This document shows positions 32,683 to 42,479 of a stretch of 64,000 bases of DNA, piece after piece. The DNA lies in the NCBI GenBank assembly GCA_963737655.1, contig CAVTTN010000002.1, positions 4,160,001 through 4,224,000 of the forward strand. Reading direction: 5' to 3'. Source of the DNA: an uncultured Planctomycetota bacterium (lineage in GTDB: Bacteria > Planctomycetota > Planctomycetia > Isosphaerales > Isosphaeraceae). The notes under the pieces are model-generated. The model made no database searches. It saw only the letters and a program-made list of their open reading frames with translations, and had not been told where the DNA came from. The first letter of the stretch is position 1, and each line of letters begins with the position of its first letter. The translations under genes and the position numbers were made by a program.

Positions 32683-33729
32683 ATGAATCAGAGCCTCCTC
32701 GATCATTCGACGGACGAGCTCTCGGCCTGGATGGTCGAGCGCTCGTTCCCCGCCTTTCATGCTCGGCAGGTTATCCGCTGGGTTTTCGAGCGGCGGGTTG
32801 AGACGTTTGAGGGGATGACCGACCTTCCTCGGCGGCTCCGCGAGGCGCTTTCGGCCGATTGGGAGGTTTTCGGGTCGGCGATCGACGTCCATCATGTCTC
32901 CCCCGACTCCACCGAGAAACTCCTGCTCACGATGAGGGACGGGGCGCGGGTCGAGTGCGTCTTGATGGCCGAGGACGATCGGCGGACCGTCTGCATCAGC
33001 ACCCAGGTTGGCTGCGGGATGGGTTGCGTTTTCTGCGCCAGCGGGCTGAAGGGCGTGGTGAGGAACCTGACCCGAGGCGAGATCCTGGAACAGGTCCTCC
33101 GGCTTCGCAATCTCCTCCCGGCCGACGAGAAACTCACGAACCTGGTGGTGATGGGGATGGGGGAGAGCCTGGCGAACCTGGACAACCTCATCCCGGCGCT
33201 GGATCGGCTGTGTTCGCCCGAGGGGCTGAACTTCTCGCAACGCCGGGTGACGATCTCGACCGTCGGCCTGCCGGAGAAGATCAGGGCGTTGGCCGATCTG
33301 GATCGGCAGTATCATCTGGCGGTCTCCCTGCATGGGGCGACGCCCGAGGTTCGGGATGAACTGGTGCCGATCAATCGCAAGGTTGGGCTGATTCCGGTGA
33401 TCGAGGCGGCCGATGCCTACTTCCACCGGACGGGCCGACAGGTTACCTTCGAGTATGTCCTGCTCCGAGGGAAGAACGACCGTCCCGACGATGCCGACGC
33501 CCTGGGGCGCCTGCTGGCCGGGCGGAAGGCGCACGTCAACCTGATTCCCTACAACCCGGTGGCGGGCCTGCCGTTCGAGAGGCCGAGCCCCGAGGCGATC
33601 CGCCGGTTCTCGGCGATCGTGGCGGGCCGAGGCGTGAGCGTGAGCGTCCGCAAGACCAAGGGCCGGGAGATCGACGCCGGGTGCGGGCAACTGCGGAGAC
33701 GGGTCGAGACGGCCGGATCGGTTCTCTGA
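32683..33729 (+). CDS. rlmN: 23S rRNA A2503 / tRNA m2A methyltransferase RlmN
   Basis: CISTQVGCGMGCVFCASG, MGMGE, AVSLH, VNLIPYN, IDAGCGQL; start placed at MNQSLL. Confidence 0.93.
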   Translation: MNQSLLDHSTDELSAWMVERSFPAFHARQVIRWVFERRVETFEGMTDLPRRLREALSADWEVFGSAIDVHHVSPDSTEKLLLTMRDGARVECVLMAEDDRRTVCISTQVGCGMGCVFCASGLKGVVRNLTRGEILEQVLRLRNLLPADEKLTNLVVMGMGESLANLDNLIPALDRLCSPEGLNFSQRRVTISTVGLPEKIRALADLDRQYHLAVSLHGATPEVRDELVPINRKVGLIPVIEAADAYFHRTGRQVTFEYVLLRGKNDRPDDADALGRLLAGRKAHVNLIPYNPVAGLPFERPSPEAIRRFSAIVAGRGVSVSVRKTKGREIDAGCGQLRRRVETAGSVL

Positions 33730-33742
33730 TCGGAAGGCGACG

Positions 33743-34423
33743 ATGGCACGTCCGCCCGCACAGTCGATCCCCGATACCGGACCCGATCACGTGGACGGTG
33801 GCGAGACCCTGGAACAGCAGCTCGAGACGAGGGACCCGGACGTCAAGCTGATGCTCCAGGTCCGGGACGACGTGGCCGGCGCGTTCGAGGAGCTGGTGGT
33901 TCGCTACCAGGCGCGCCTCCTCGGGGTCATGACCCATCTGATCGGCCGGGCGGAGGAGGCGGAGGACCTCACTCAGGACGTCTTCTTGCGGATCTACAAG
34001 GCCCGCAAGGGATACCGGCCGAAGGCGAAGTTCTCGACCTGGCTGTTCACGATCGCCAACAACCTGGCCTTGAACCATCTGAGGGGCAAGGGAAGAAACC
34101 CGACGGTCGCCCTGGATGCCGGCCACTCGGGCTCCCAGGCGATCGCCTGGGCCGGGGACCGCGTGGCCGCCCGAGACGGCTCGGCGTCGGCCCAGATGAG
34201 GAAGGTCGAGCTTTCGGAAGTGGTCCGCGAGGCCCTGGATACCCTGGGCGAAGACCAGAAGCTGGCCGTCCTCCTGAACAAGTTCGAGGAGATGAGTTAC
34301 GCGGAGATCGCCGAGGTCATGGGACGGACCGAACCGGCGATCAAGTCGCTCCTGGCCCGCGCTCGAACCAACCTCCGGGAACGGTTGGAGCCGTATCTCC
34401 GGACGGGCCACAAGGGGGCCTGA
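33743..34423 (+). CDS. ECF sigma factor
   Basis: AEDLTQDVFLRIY, FSTWLFTIANN, MSYAEIAEVMG..IKSLLARAR. Confidence 0.92.
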   Translation: MARPPAQSIPDTGPDHVDGGETLEQQLETRDPDVKLMLQVRDDVAGAFEELVVRYQARLLGVMTHLIGRAEEAEDLTQDVFLRIYKARKGYRPKAKFSTWLFTIANNLALNHLRGKGRNPTVALDAGHSGSQAIAWAGDRVAARDGSASAQMRKVELSEVVREALDTLGEDQKLAVLLNKFEEMSYAEIAEVMGRTEPAIKSLLARARTNLRERLEPYLRTGHKGA

Positions 34424-34433
34424 CCGGCTCGTC

Positions 34434-35186
34434 ATGCCAACCGAACCGATCGGGGCCGTTCGAGGGCGTTCCTGGCGATGGCTCCCCCGACAGGTGGCCC
34501 TGGCTGTCCAGGACCTGTTGTTCCCCCTGACCTGCTCGATCTGCGGGGCCGCCGGCCACTCCGGGCCGTGGTGCGAGGATTGCCGGGGAGAGATGCTGGA
34601 AGGGGCCGGACCCGCGTGCCCTCGATGCGCCGTGCCGATCGGTCCGTGGGAGAACGTCGAGGGCGGTTGCGCCTGGTGCCGCGGCAAGCGCCTGGGGTTC
34701 GATTCGGCGGTGGCCCTGGGGCCGTATCAGGGGCCGATCCGTCACGTCTGCCTCGCCATGAAACGGTCGTCCGGGTCGTGGCTGGGCCGCTGGGCGGCCG
34801 ACCTCCTGATCGAGGCCCGGGGCGACGTTCTCCGGGCCGTGGGCGCCTCGGCCGTCGTGCCGATCCCTCTGCACTGGTCCCGGCACCTGACCCGTCGCCA
34901 TAATCAGGCGGACGTCCTGGCCGATCGCCTGGCCGAGCGGCTCGGTTTGCCGAGCCTCCGACCCCTCCGCCGGGCGTATCGCACTCCGAAGCTCGCGGGG
35001 ATGTCTCGAACCGAACGGGCGGCGAGGATGAAGGATGCGTTTCGGGCTCGCGAGGAGGTCCGAGGGCGAACCGTCCTGCTCGTCGATGACATCCTGACCT
35101 CGGGCGCGACGTGCGGATCGGCGGCCCGAGCCTTGAAGAAGGCCGGGGCGAAACGAGTCGTCGCGGTGGTCCTCGGCCGGGCGTGA
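34434..35186 (+). CDS. comF: ComF family phosphoribosyltransferase with double zinc ribbon
   Basis: CxxC motifs; VPIPLH; NQA; LLVDDILTSGAT. Confidence 0.9.
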   Translation: MPTEPIGAVRGRSWRWLPRQVALAVQDLLFPLTCSICGAAGHSGPWCEDCRGEMLEGAGPACPRCAVPIGPWENVEGGCAWCRGKRLGFDSAVALGPYQGPIRHVCLAMKRSSGSWLGRWAADLLIEARGDVLRAVGASAVVPIPLHWSRHLTRRHNQADVLADRLAERLGLPSLRPLRRAYRTPKLAGMSRTERAARMKDAFRAREEVRGRTVLLVDDILTSGATCGSAARALKKAGAKRVVAVVLGRA

Positions 35187-35224
35187 ACCGCCCGAAATCC
35201 GTCCGAAATGCCTGGAGAGATCGC

Positions 35225-36201
35225 GTGGAACCCCCCCCGAACCCAGCCGGCTCGCCTCGAATCTCGCTCCGCCTGGGGACGCGGGGCAGCCGCCTGGCCC
35301 GTTGGCAATCGGAGTGGGTGGCGGCCCGGCTCCGGGCTCTCCATCCCGGCTTGGATGTGGAGCTTGTGGAGATCAGGACGCTCGGGGACATCGACCGCAC
35401 GTCCCCCCTGGCGGCGATCGGCGGGCTCGGCCTTTTCACCAAGGAGATCCAGAGGGCGTTGCTCGACGAAAGGGTCGATCTGGCCGTTCACAGCCTGAAG
35501 GACCTGCCGACCCGAGGGCCGGAGGGCCTGGTCCTGGCCGCGGTCCCGGCTCGCGAAGACCCGTCCGATGCCCTGATCTCACCTCGGTTTCGGACGCTTG
35601 ATGCCTTGCCTCCCGGCGCGAAGGTCGGCACGGGTTCCCAGCGGAGGAGGGCGCAGCTCCTGGCGATCCGGCCGGACCTGGACGTCCGCGAGCTCCGGGG
35701 GAACGTGGAGACCCGGCTGGACCACGCCCGCCTCGGCAAGCTCGATGCCGTGGTGCTCGCCTCGTCGGGCCTGAAGCGGCTCGGGCTGGAAGCGGAGATT
35801 ACCGAGACGTTGCTCTCCGAGCGGTTCTTGCCGGCGGTCGGCCAGGGGGCCCTGGGGATCGAATGCCGGGCGGACGATCGGGCGACGCGTGACCTCCTCG
35901 GGCCGCTGAACGATCCGGCCACTCGCCGGGCCGTCCTGGCGGAACGCCAAGTCCTGGCCGACCTGGAAGGGGGCTGCACGATCCCTCTGGCGGCCTGGGC
36001 CCGCGACTCGGCCCGGGCCTGGCGCTGGATGCCGCCGTGTTCGATCGAGACGGCCTGCGACGGGTCGAGGCCGGGGCGATCGGCGACCCGGACGACCCGG
36101 AGTTCCTCGGAGGGGTCGTGGCCCGAGCCTTGAAGGAACGGGGGGCCGACGAGGTCCTGGCCGGGGCTCGCCGACCGATCGCCCGGGAGACGCCGGAGTA
36201 G
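35225..36201 (+). CDS. hemC: Hydroxymethylbilane synthase, with a -1 indel near 36006-36012
   Basis: GTRGSRLARWQ, GLFTKEI, AVHSLKD, LRGNVETRL, PAVGQGAL, LEGGC. The C-terminus LALDAAVFD..GADEVL continues in another frame to TAG at 36199-36201. Confidence 0.9.
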
Positions 36202-36298
36202 CTCGCGAAGGGGGAATTCTGCCGGAGGCCCCGAGCCCCGGCCGATAATCCGAGGAGACGGCCGACGATCCCGACGGCCGAGGCTCGGAGAGGCCCTC

Positions 36299-37409
36299 GT
36301 GAGCGACCACCTCGGCCCGGACGCCCCCCGATCGGCGCCGTTTTCTGCCTTCGCGGATCTCGCCGCCCGGATCTCGGCGAAGGCCGCGGTCGGCCTGGGG
36401 CTGATCGCCGCGACGAGCGTGGCCATCGCCGTGGCCGCCTCGCCGTGGCTGGTCCCTCCATACCTCGGGTTGATGGCCTGGCTCCTCGCGGCCCCGGGCA
36501 AACCCGCAGAACCCGAGGCGCCGGACCGCTCGAATCCGCCCGACTGCCCGACCGAAACGGCCATCCCCTCGGCGATCGAGCAGGCGGCCGAATTCGAACC
36601 CGAACCGTCCCCCGAACTGCCTCCTCCGCCTCGCAAGCCGCGAAAATCGAGAGGGAAAGGCCGGGCGAAGGCCATTCCGGCCGCCTCGGCGGAGAAGCCG
36701 CAGGCCACCTGGGTCCAGGTCGAGCCGGGGAAGTTCGTCCGCGTCGAGATCGCGCCGGGGTCGCCGGTCGAGGCCGATTCGGAGTCGTCGGAATCGACCA
36801 ATCCGGTCTCCGAGTCCTCCTCGGAGGCGGAAGACGCGGCGATCACCTCGCCCGATTCCGTCGAGGAGGAGAATCCACCCGAGGTCGAAGCGATTGCGCC
36901 GTCTTCATCGCCGCAAGACCCCGCCTCCACCGAGGTTCGAGCCGCCTCCGATCCTGGTCCCGAGGCCGAAAACGCGGCCACGCCGGAGACGGTCGAGCGG
37001 TCCGCCCCCGATTCGGACGACGGGAATCGGGACGAGATTCCCCTGGAAATCGCCGACGCCTCGCCCTCGGGGAATCGAGACGAGCACGAGGAGGCCGATG
37101 GTCCTTCCCCCCAACCGATCACCCTCGATCCGCCGCTCCCGGTCGCCTCGGAATCGCCATCGCCTCGATGGCCAGGCCCAACGATTGGGCCCGTCCGTCG
37201 AGATCGCGCCATCCGAGGGGCCGGCCCGCGCCGCCGGGGGATTTCCCGGACGAGGAGCGCGGCCAATCGACCCGGACCTCGTCGGGCGATCGCGGCCCCG
37301 AGGGCGAGCCGGGGGCGGGCCCCTCCTCGTCCCCGACGACGGTTTCTCTTCTCACTCGGGATCGGGGCGGCTCGCGAGCTTGGACGCGGGACGCCCCGTC
37401 TCGTTTTGA
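36299..37409 (+). CDS. Hypothetical membrane-anchored Pro/Glu/Ser-rich protein (3' end uncertain)
   Basis: Two N-terminal hydrophobic segments, WVQVEPGKFVRVE motif and an acidic disordered region. The ORF as read runs to 37594 over the convergent gene. Confidence 0.55.
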
Positions 37410-37410
37410 G

Positions 37411-37806
37411 CTATCGGGGCGGCGATTCGGGACCGTCCATCACGAACCGGCGGATCAAGTCCGGCAATTCGGCCGAGAACCGGCTCCGGGGCATCACCGG
37501 GTCGCAGCCGGCGTCCCGGGCGGCGTCGAGCGCGGCAACATCGACGTGGGAGCCGAAGGCGAGGAATCGCGTCTCGGGAGCGATCGTCCGGTAGGCGATC
37601 AGGGCCTCGGGACGAACCAGGGGGCCGGCGGCCAGGTCCACGAACACGGACCTCGGCTTCCATTGCTCGATCAGCGAGGTGGCCAGCGATTCGTCTCCGG
37701 CCGTGAGCATCCTCACGCCGAGCTCGCGGGCGGTGCCGGTGATCTTCGAGGTGAAGATCAGGTCGCGGCTCAGGAGGATGGCCGAGGGACCGTCGGCGGG
37801 GGTCAC
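37411..37806 (-). CDS. Receiver-like (CheY-fold) single-domain protein
   Basis: LLSRDLIFTSKI..VFVDL..LAFGSHVD..ARDAGCDPVMPRSRF; GTGA-coupled to the HAD gene. Confidence 0.7.
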   Translation of the reverse strand: MTPADGPSAILLSRDLIFTSKITGTARELGVRMLTAGDESLATSLIEQWKPRSVFVDLAAGPLVRPEALIAYRTIAPETRFLAFGSHVDVAALDAARDAGCDPVMPRSRFSAELPDLIRRFVMDGPESPPR

Positions 37807-38501
37807 GGCGAGACCTCCGGGGCGAACATCGTCTCGACCCACCGCGGCCCGAGCCCTTCGAGCCCGGAGACCACGGCGTCGGCCCCGGCGCCTCGGAGTT
37901 CGCCGTCGGCATACGTGTTCGAGACGCCCACGGCCCACATCCCGGCGGCCTTGGCCGACTGGATGCCCGCCAGGCTGTCCTCGAACACCAGGCAATGCGC
38001 GGCCTCGAGGTCCTCGCCCACCGAGGATCGGAGGGCGTCGAGCGCGAGCAGGTAGCCCTCGGGGTCCGGCTTGCAGTTGGCCGTGTCCTCGGCCGAGACG
38101 ATCGCCAGGACCCGGTCGCGGACGCCCAGGCGATCCAGGCTGTACTCGATCTCGGGCCGCAGAGCCCCGGAGTTGATCGCGATCGGCCATCGGCCGGCGA
38201 GGCTCCTGAGCCCGTCGCCGGCCCCCGGGAAGTAGCGGAGCCCGTCCTTCGCCCGGGGGACGTACCGCGCGGCCTTCCGGGCGATCAGCTCGTCGAGCCT
38301 CGACGGCGGGGCGGCCTGGCCGGCGTCGGCCAGGGCGGCCTCGAAGCATCGGCGGTCGTCGTAGCCGAGGTATTTCTCGTGATAGAGCGCCTCGGTCAGC
38401 TCCACGCCTTCCTCGGCGAGGACCTCCCGGAACAGCTCGAAATGGACCGACTCGTCATCGACGAGGACGCCGTTGAAGTCGAAGATCACCGCGCGGATCA
38501 T
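37803..38501 (-). CDS. HAD-family hydrolase
   Basis: AVIFDFNGVLVD, INSG, KPDPEGY, VFEDSLAGI. Confidence 0.9.
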   Translation of the reverse strand: MIRAVIFDFNGVLVDDESVHFELFREVLAEEGVELTEALYHEKYLGYDDRRCFEAALADAGQAAPPSRLDELIARKAARYVPRAKDGLRYFPGAGDGLRSLAGRWPIAINSGALRPEIEYSLDRLGVRDRVLAIVSAEDTANCKPDPEGYLLALDALRSSVGEDLEAAHCLVFEDSLAGIQSAKAAGMWAVGVSNTYADGELRGAGADAVVSGLEGLGPRWVETMFAPEVSP

Positions 38502-38606
38502 GGGGGAGGGCCAACCGGGGAGGGGAGGGAGGGGGATGAACACGAATCGGAGACGGAATCCGTGTTCATCAAGGAACGCGAGGTCGGCCGGGCCGGCCTC
38601 GGGGGA

Positions 38607-38954
38607 TCAGATGGCCTCGGGTCCGCGCTCGCCGGTGCGGATGCGGATGCAGTCGTCCATCGGCAGGATGAAGATCTTGCCGTCGCCGATCTTGCCTTCG
38701 GGACCGGTGCGGCCGGCCTGGATGATGGCGTTGACCGTCGGCTCGACGAAGTCCTCGTTGACGGCGATCTGGAGCTCGATCTTGCGGAGGAGGTTGACGG
38801 TGAACTCGTGGCCTCGGTAGACCTCCGTGTACCCCTTCTGACGGCCGAAGCCCTGGACGTCCATCACCGTCAGGCGGAAGACCTCGACGTGCGAGAGGGC
38901 CTCCTTGACGGCTTCCAGCTTGGTGGGCTGGATCACAGCGATGATGAGCTTCAT
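38607..38954 (-). CDS. glnB: P-II nitrogen regulatory protein (GlnB/GlnK)
   Basis: GFGRQKG, EVYRGHEF, GKIGDGKIF, IRIRTGERG. Confidence 0.93.
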   Translation of the reverse strand: MKLIIAVIQPTKLEAVKEALSHVEVFRLTVMDVQGFGRQKGYTEVYRGHEFTVNLLRKIELQIAVNEDFVEPTVNAIIQAGRTGPEGKIGDGKIFILPMDDCIRIRTGERGPEAI

Positions 38955-39334
38955 CGATCCCCTCTCCGGGTCGCGGACGGCCCAACGTCCGCGGGGCCGG
39001 ACAAGGCCGCGCGGGGCCGCTTCTGACCCCAATTGAACCGGAAACCCGTCCGGCGTCAACAGAAAAGACCCGGCGGGCCGGGCCGTCTCCTCCTCGGAGG
39101 GAGCGACTTCGGACGAGTTCCGGCCGGCATGGGTCCCGATCTCGGCGGCCGCGGAGAGACGGCCCCCGGGGTCCGAGGGCGGAACACTCGCCGCCGGGAC
39201 GCCTTGCGGCCTCGTCATCCGAGAACGGTCCGGCCCGGACGGCGTCGGCTCCGGAGCGGTCGATCAGGGCGACCCCGAGTCCGGCGAGACGCCGGGCCGG
39301 GCCGGGATTTCCGGCCCGACTCGGGGGGATCGTC

Positions 39335-39691
39335 TCAGAGACCCGGGCGAGCCGGGGCGTCCGGACCGGCCGGAGGCGAGGCCGGGACCACCGGAGGGGC
39401 CGCCGGGGCCGCCGGCCCCGGGGGCGTGGCCGGGGCGATCGTCGGCGGGTCCAGGCCGGGGTCCGAGGGCTCCGACCCGGCCGCCGGGGGCGTCGGGCTG
39501 AACGGACCGGACGAGGGGACCGTCTCCGGCTGGGCCACCGGGACCCCGCCGTAGGGGTACACGGGCGCTCCGCACCCAGGACCCGTGCAGGGCAACGGCA
39601 TGTCGTCGCAGGTGTCGCAATGGGCGCACCCGGCGGCTCCCAGGGCCGCCAGCGACGCCAGGGCGAACAGGTTCCGAGCCGACCGCAACAT
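39335..39691 (-). CDS. Small Cys/Pro-rich lipoprotein
   Basis: MLRSARNLFALASLAALGAAGC lipobox; CAHCDTCDD..PCTGPGC; Pro-rich tail; AAGGAG ribosome-binding site. Confidence 0.7.
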   Translation of the reverse strand: MLRSARNLFALASLAALGAAGCAHCDTCDDMPLPCTGPGCGAPVYPYGGVPVAQPETVPSSGPFSPTPPAAGSEPSDPGLDPPTIAPATPPGPAAPAAPPVVPASPPAGPDAPARPGL

Positions 39692-40276
39692 GGCGGTCTC
39701 CTTTCGCGAGGGGATTCCGCGCCGGGAAGGGCCTCCCCGAACCTCGGGGACGCCGGGCGAGCGGGCGGGCGCGTCTCGTCTCGGGCCCGGCGGCTCCGCC
39801 GCGATGGGGCCCGATCGCACCGCTCTCTTCGTTCGTCTCCGCTTCATCGACCCCGCCCCACGCCCCGCAATACCGATTCGAGCCCGCAGCCCCGACGACC
39901 CGGACGGTCCTGCCACCTGGCTAAACCTTGAGGATCGCGGCCTTTCGTCGGCCTCGGCCCGATCCGCGACGCCTCGCCCTCGGAATCCCTCGTCGGCGGC
40001 CATCCAGGTTCCTCGGGGGGTCGAGGAAAGCGAGGAGAATCGGCGTGAAAAGGCAAATCGGGTGCTCTGGGTCGAGCGGAGGTGACCCGCGGATCAGGAA
40101 AAAAACTCCCCATGGCCTTTCTTAAGTAAACCTGTTGACTCCTTCTCACGATGTACTAAGGTGAGGAGGGACCGGACTCGACCCGGGCGGGATTGACCTC
40201 TCCGCCCGCCCCTCGACGCCGCCCTTCCCGCCGAGCCGACGAGGAGACGCGACGCCGCGCCAGGAGATCCCCCGCC

Positions 40277-41128
40277 ATGATGCCTCGCCGTCGCCGACGC
40301 GATACCGATCGCAACTCGATTCTTCATCTGTACTTGCAGGACATCAACAACACCCCGCTCCTCTCGGCCGAGGAGGAGAAGTCCCTGGCCCATCGCGTGG
40401 CCGAAGGCGACCCGGAGGCCCGCGACCACATGGTCAAGGCCAATCTCCGGCTCGTCGTGAGCATCGCCCGAGGCTACCTGAATAAGGGACTCGGCCTCGA
40501 AGACCTGATCGAAGAAGGCAACCTCGGCCTGATGAGGGCCGTCGAGGGGTTCGACGGCGAGATGGCCAACCGGTTCAGCACGTATGCGAGCTACTGGATC
40601 AAGCAGTCGATCCGCCGCGCCGTGATGAATCAGGGCAAGCCGATCCGCCTGCCGGCCTACATGGTCACGCTGCTCTCGAAGTGGAAGCGGGTCACCAACG
40701 TCCTGACCGAGGAGCTCGGCCGCCCCCCCCTGCCCGAGGAGGTGGGCCGGGCCCTCCGGCTGTCGAAGAAGAAGGTCGGGATCGTCACCAAGGCCATCCG
40801 GGTCAACAACTTGACGCCGCACTCCGACGGCGACGACGAGGACGGGGGGATGCTCGACGACCTCCTGACCGACGACCGCAGCCGGGCCCCGGACGACCTC
40901 ATGATCGAGGCCGACGACATGACCCGGATCCTCGACAGCCTCGAACGGCTGGAGGCGAGGGAGACCGCCGTGATCCGCCTGAGGTTCGGCCTCGACGGCG
41001 ACGGCCCGAAGACCCTCCGGGAGATCGGCGAGACCCTGGGGCTGACCCGCGAGCGGGTCCGCCAGCTCGAACACGGGGCCCTCATGAAGCTGATCGCGGC
41101 CGTGGACACCGAGCGCTCGGCCGTCTGA
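40277..41128 (+). CDS. RpoD/SigA-family alternative sigma factor (no region 1.1)
   Basis: LYLQDI..LLSAEEE, ANLRLVVSIA, DLIEEGNLGL, RFSTYASYWI, TLREIG..LTRERVRQLE. Confidence 0.92.
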   Translation: MMPRRRRRDTDRNSILHLYLQDINNTPLLSAEEEKSLAHRVAEGDPEARDHMVKANLRLVVSIARGYLNKGLGLEDLIEEGNLGLMRAVEGFDGEMANRFSTYASYWIKQSIRRAVMNQGKPIRLPAYMVTLLSKWKRVTNVLTEELGRPPLPEEVGRALRLSKKKVGIVTKAIRVNNLTPHSDGDDEDGGMLDDLLTDDRSRAPDDLMIEADDMTRILDSLERLEARETAVIRLRFGLDGDGPKTLREIGETLGLTRERVRQLEHGALMKLIAAVDTERSAV

Positions 41129-41132
41129 TCCG

Positions 41133-41272
41133 CAGCCCCGACCACCACGACGCCACGAACGCCAGGGCCGACGCAAAGGGAATCCGGGAAATGGGTTGAG
41201 GACGCCCTCCTCAATCTCCCCGATCCCCGTGCGTCGGCCCTGGCGTTCGTGGCGTCGTGGCCGTCGGGGCTG
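41133..41272. repeat. 140-bp long inverted repeat (43-bp arms, 2 mismatches)
   Basis: CAGCCCCGAC..CCACGACGCCACGAACGCCAGGGCCGACGCA paired with its reverse complement, plus an inner TTGAGGA/TCCTCAA stem. Confidence 0.8.
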
Positions 41273-41472
41273 TTCCCCGGTTTTCGCTTGATCGGCGGCT
41301 GGTGCGGCCGGACGATCAGGGCGCGGGGCTTCCGAGAATCGCGCTTCGGGCGCAATAATCGGATGGGGGGCCCGAATAGCCATGTAGGGGACGCGGGCCA
41401 GAGGCGACAGCCGGCCCGGGTCGCCGCGACGACCGCCTGCCTGCCCGTGGCCTTAACTCCAGGAGACGTCCG

Positions 41473-42285
41473 ATGATGTGCAAGGTTGTGAAGAAGGGGC
41501 TGATCGGGATGGCCATCGGGGCGGGCGCCCTGGGCCTCCTCTACGGCACCTCGGCCCCCAGCTACGTGAAGACCGCCTTCTTCAAGGTCCGCGAGCGGGC
41601 CCAGAGGTCGGTGCCGATCGAGTTCGAGATCGACAAGGCCCGCCAGGAGATCGCCCAGCTCGAGCCGGCGATCAACTCCGGGATCGAGGCGCTGGTCAAG
41701 GCCGAGGTCGAGGCCGAGCACCTCGACAAGGAGATCGTCGCCACCCGAGAGGAGCTGAACCGTGAAGGCCGGGAGCTCCAGGCCCTCAACGACCACCTCA
41801 AGACGGGCGACCTCCACCTGACCAACGGCGTCGCCTACACGGCCAAGGAGGTCAAGACCGACCTCGCCCGCCGGATGGACCACTACCGCCTGGTCAAGAA
41901 CATCCTGGCCGAGAAGCAGGAGACGCTCAAGGTCCGCCAGAAGAACGTCCTGGCCGCCCGCGAGAACCTCGTGGCGATGCAGGCCGCCAAGCGCGACCTG
42001 ATGGCCCGCGTCGAGGGGATCGAGGCCCGCCTGAACCAGATCCGCGCCAGCCGGGCCACCAACGACTTCACCTTCGACGACACGGCCGTCGGCAAGGCGA
42101 AGCAGACCGTCAGCGAGCTGGAGACCAAGCTCGAGGAGATGGTCAAGATCGACGACTACAAGGGCCGCTACGCCGATCGCGGCGTGTCGGTGACCGTCGA
42201 GCCGGGCCGGGACGTCGCCAAGGAGATCGACGCCGAGTTCGGGACCTCCCCGAAGGCGAGCGAGAAGGTCGGCGAGAAGTATTGA
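41473..42285 (+). CDS. Membrane-anchored coiled-coil protein, PspA/Vipp1(ESCRT-III)-like
   Basis: N-terminal basic + hydrophobic anchor, then a long heptad helical hairpin and short C-terminal helices; very strong codon bias; AGGAG ribosome-binding site. The fold call is inference. Confidence 0.7.
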   Translation: MMCKVVKKGLIGMAIGAGALGLLYGTSAPSYVKTAFFKVRERAQRSVPIEFEIDKARQEIAQLEPAINSGIEALVKAEVEAEHLDKEIVATREELNREGRELQALNDHLKTGDLHLTNGVAYTAKEVKTDLARRMDHYRLVKNILAEKQETLKVRQKNVLAARENLVAMQAAKRDLMARVEGIEARLNQIRASRATNDFTFDDTAVGKAKQTVSELETKLEEMVKIDDYKGRYADRGVSVTVEPGRDVAKEIDAEFGTSPKASEKVGEKY

Positions 42286-42305
42286 TCGGACCGAGCCGAA
42301 GCCAA

Positions 42306-42345
42306 CCCCGCCCCCTCGGAGGATCGATCCTCCGAGGGGGCGGGG
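42306..42345. repeat. Perfect 40-bp palindrome
   Basis: CCCCGCCCCCTCGGAGGATC|GATCCTCCGAGGGGGCGGGG. Confidence 0.85.
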
Positions 42346-42479
42346 CCGCCCTTCCGAGAATCGCGACGATCCCACGGAACGCGGCGAACCAACGGCCCCC
42401 CAAGGGCGAACCGACGATCAGATCCGGGCGGGAGTTGAGGGACGCGATCCCCATGGTCAACCTGGGCGGTGAGCACACC

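Noticed and set aside
37320..37594. Genuine 180-bp convergent overlap of ORF 36299..37594 with the receiver-like gene
   Set aside because: The tail is low-complexity and Arg-rich, and another frame stops at 37409; another indel is possible but cannot be resolved here.
40135..40162. Promoter TTGACT..TAAGGT for the RpoD-family sigma
   Set aside because: Plausible -35 but a weak, ambiguous -10; not supportable without TSS data.
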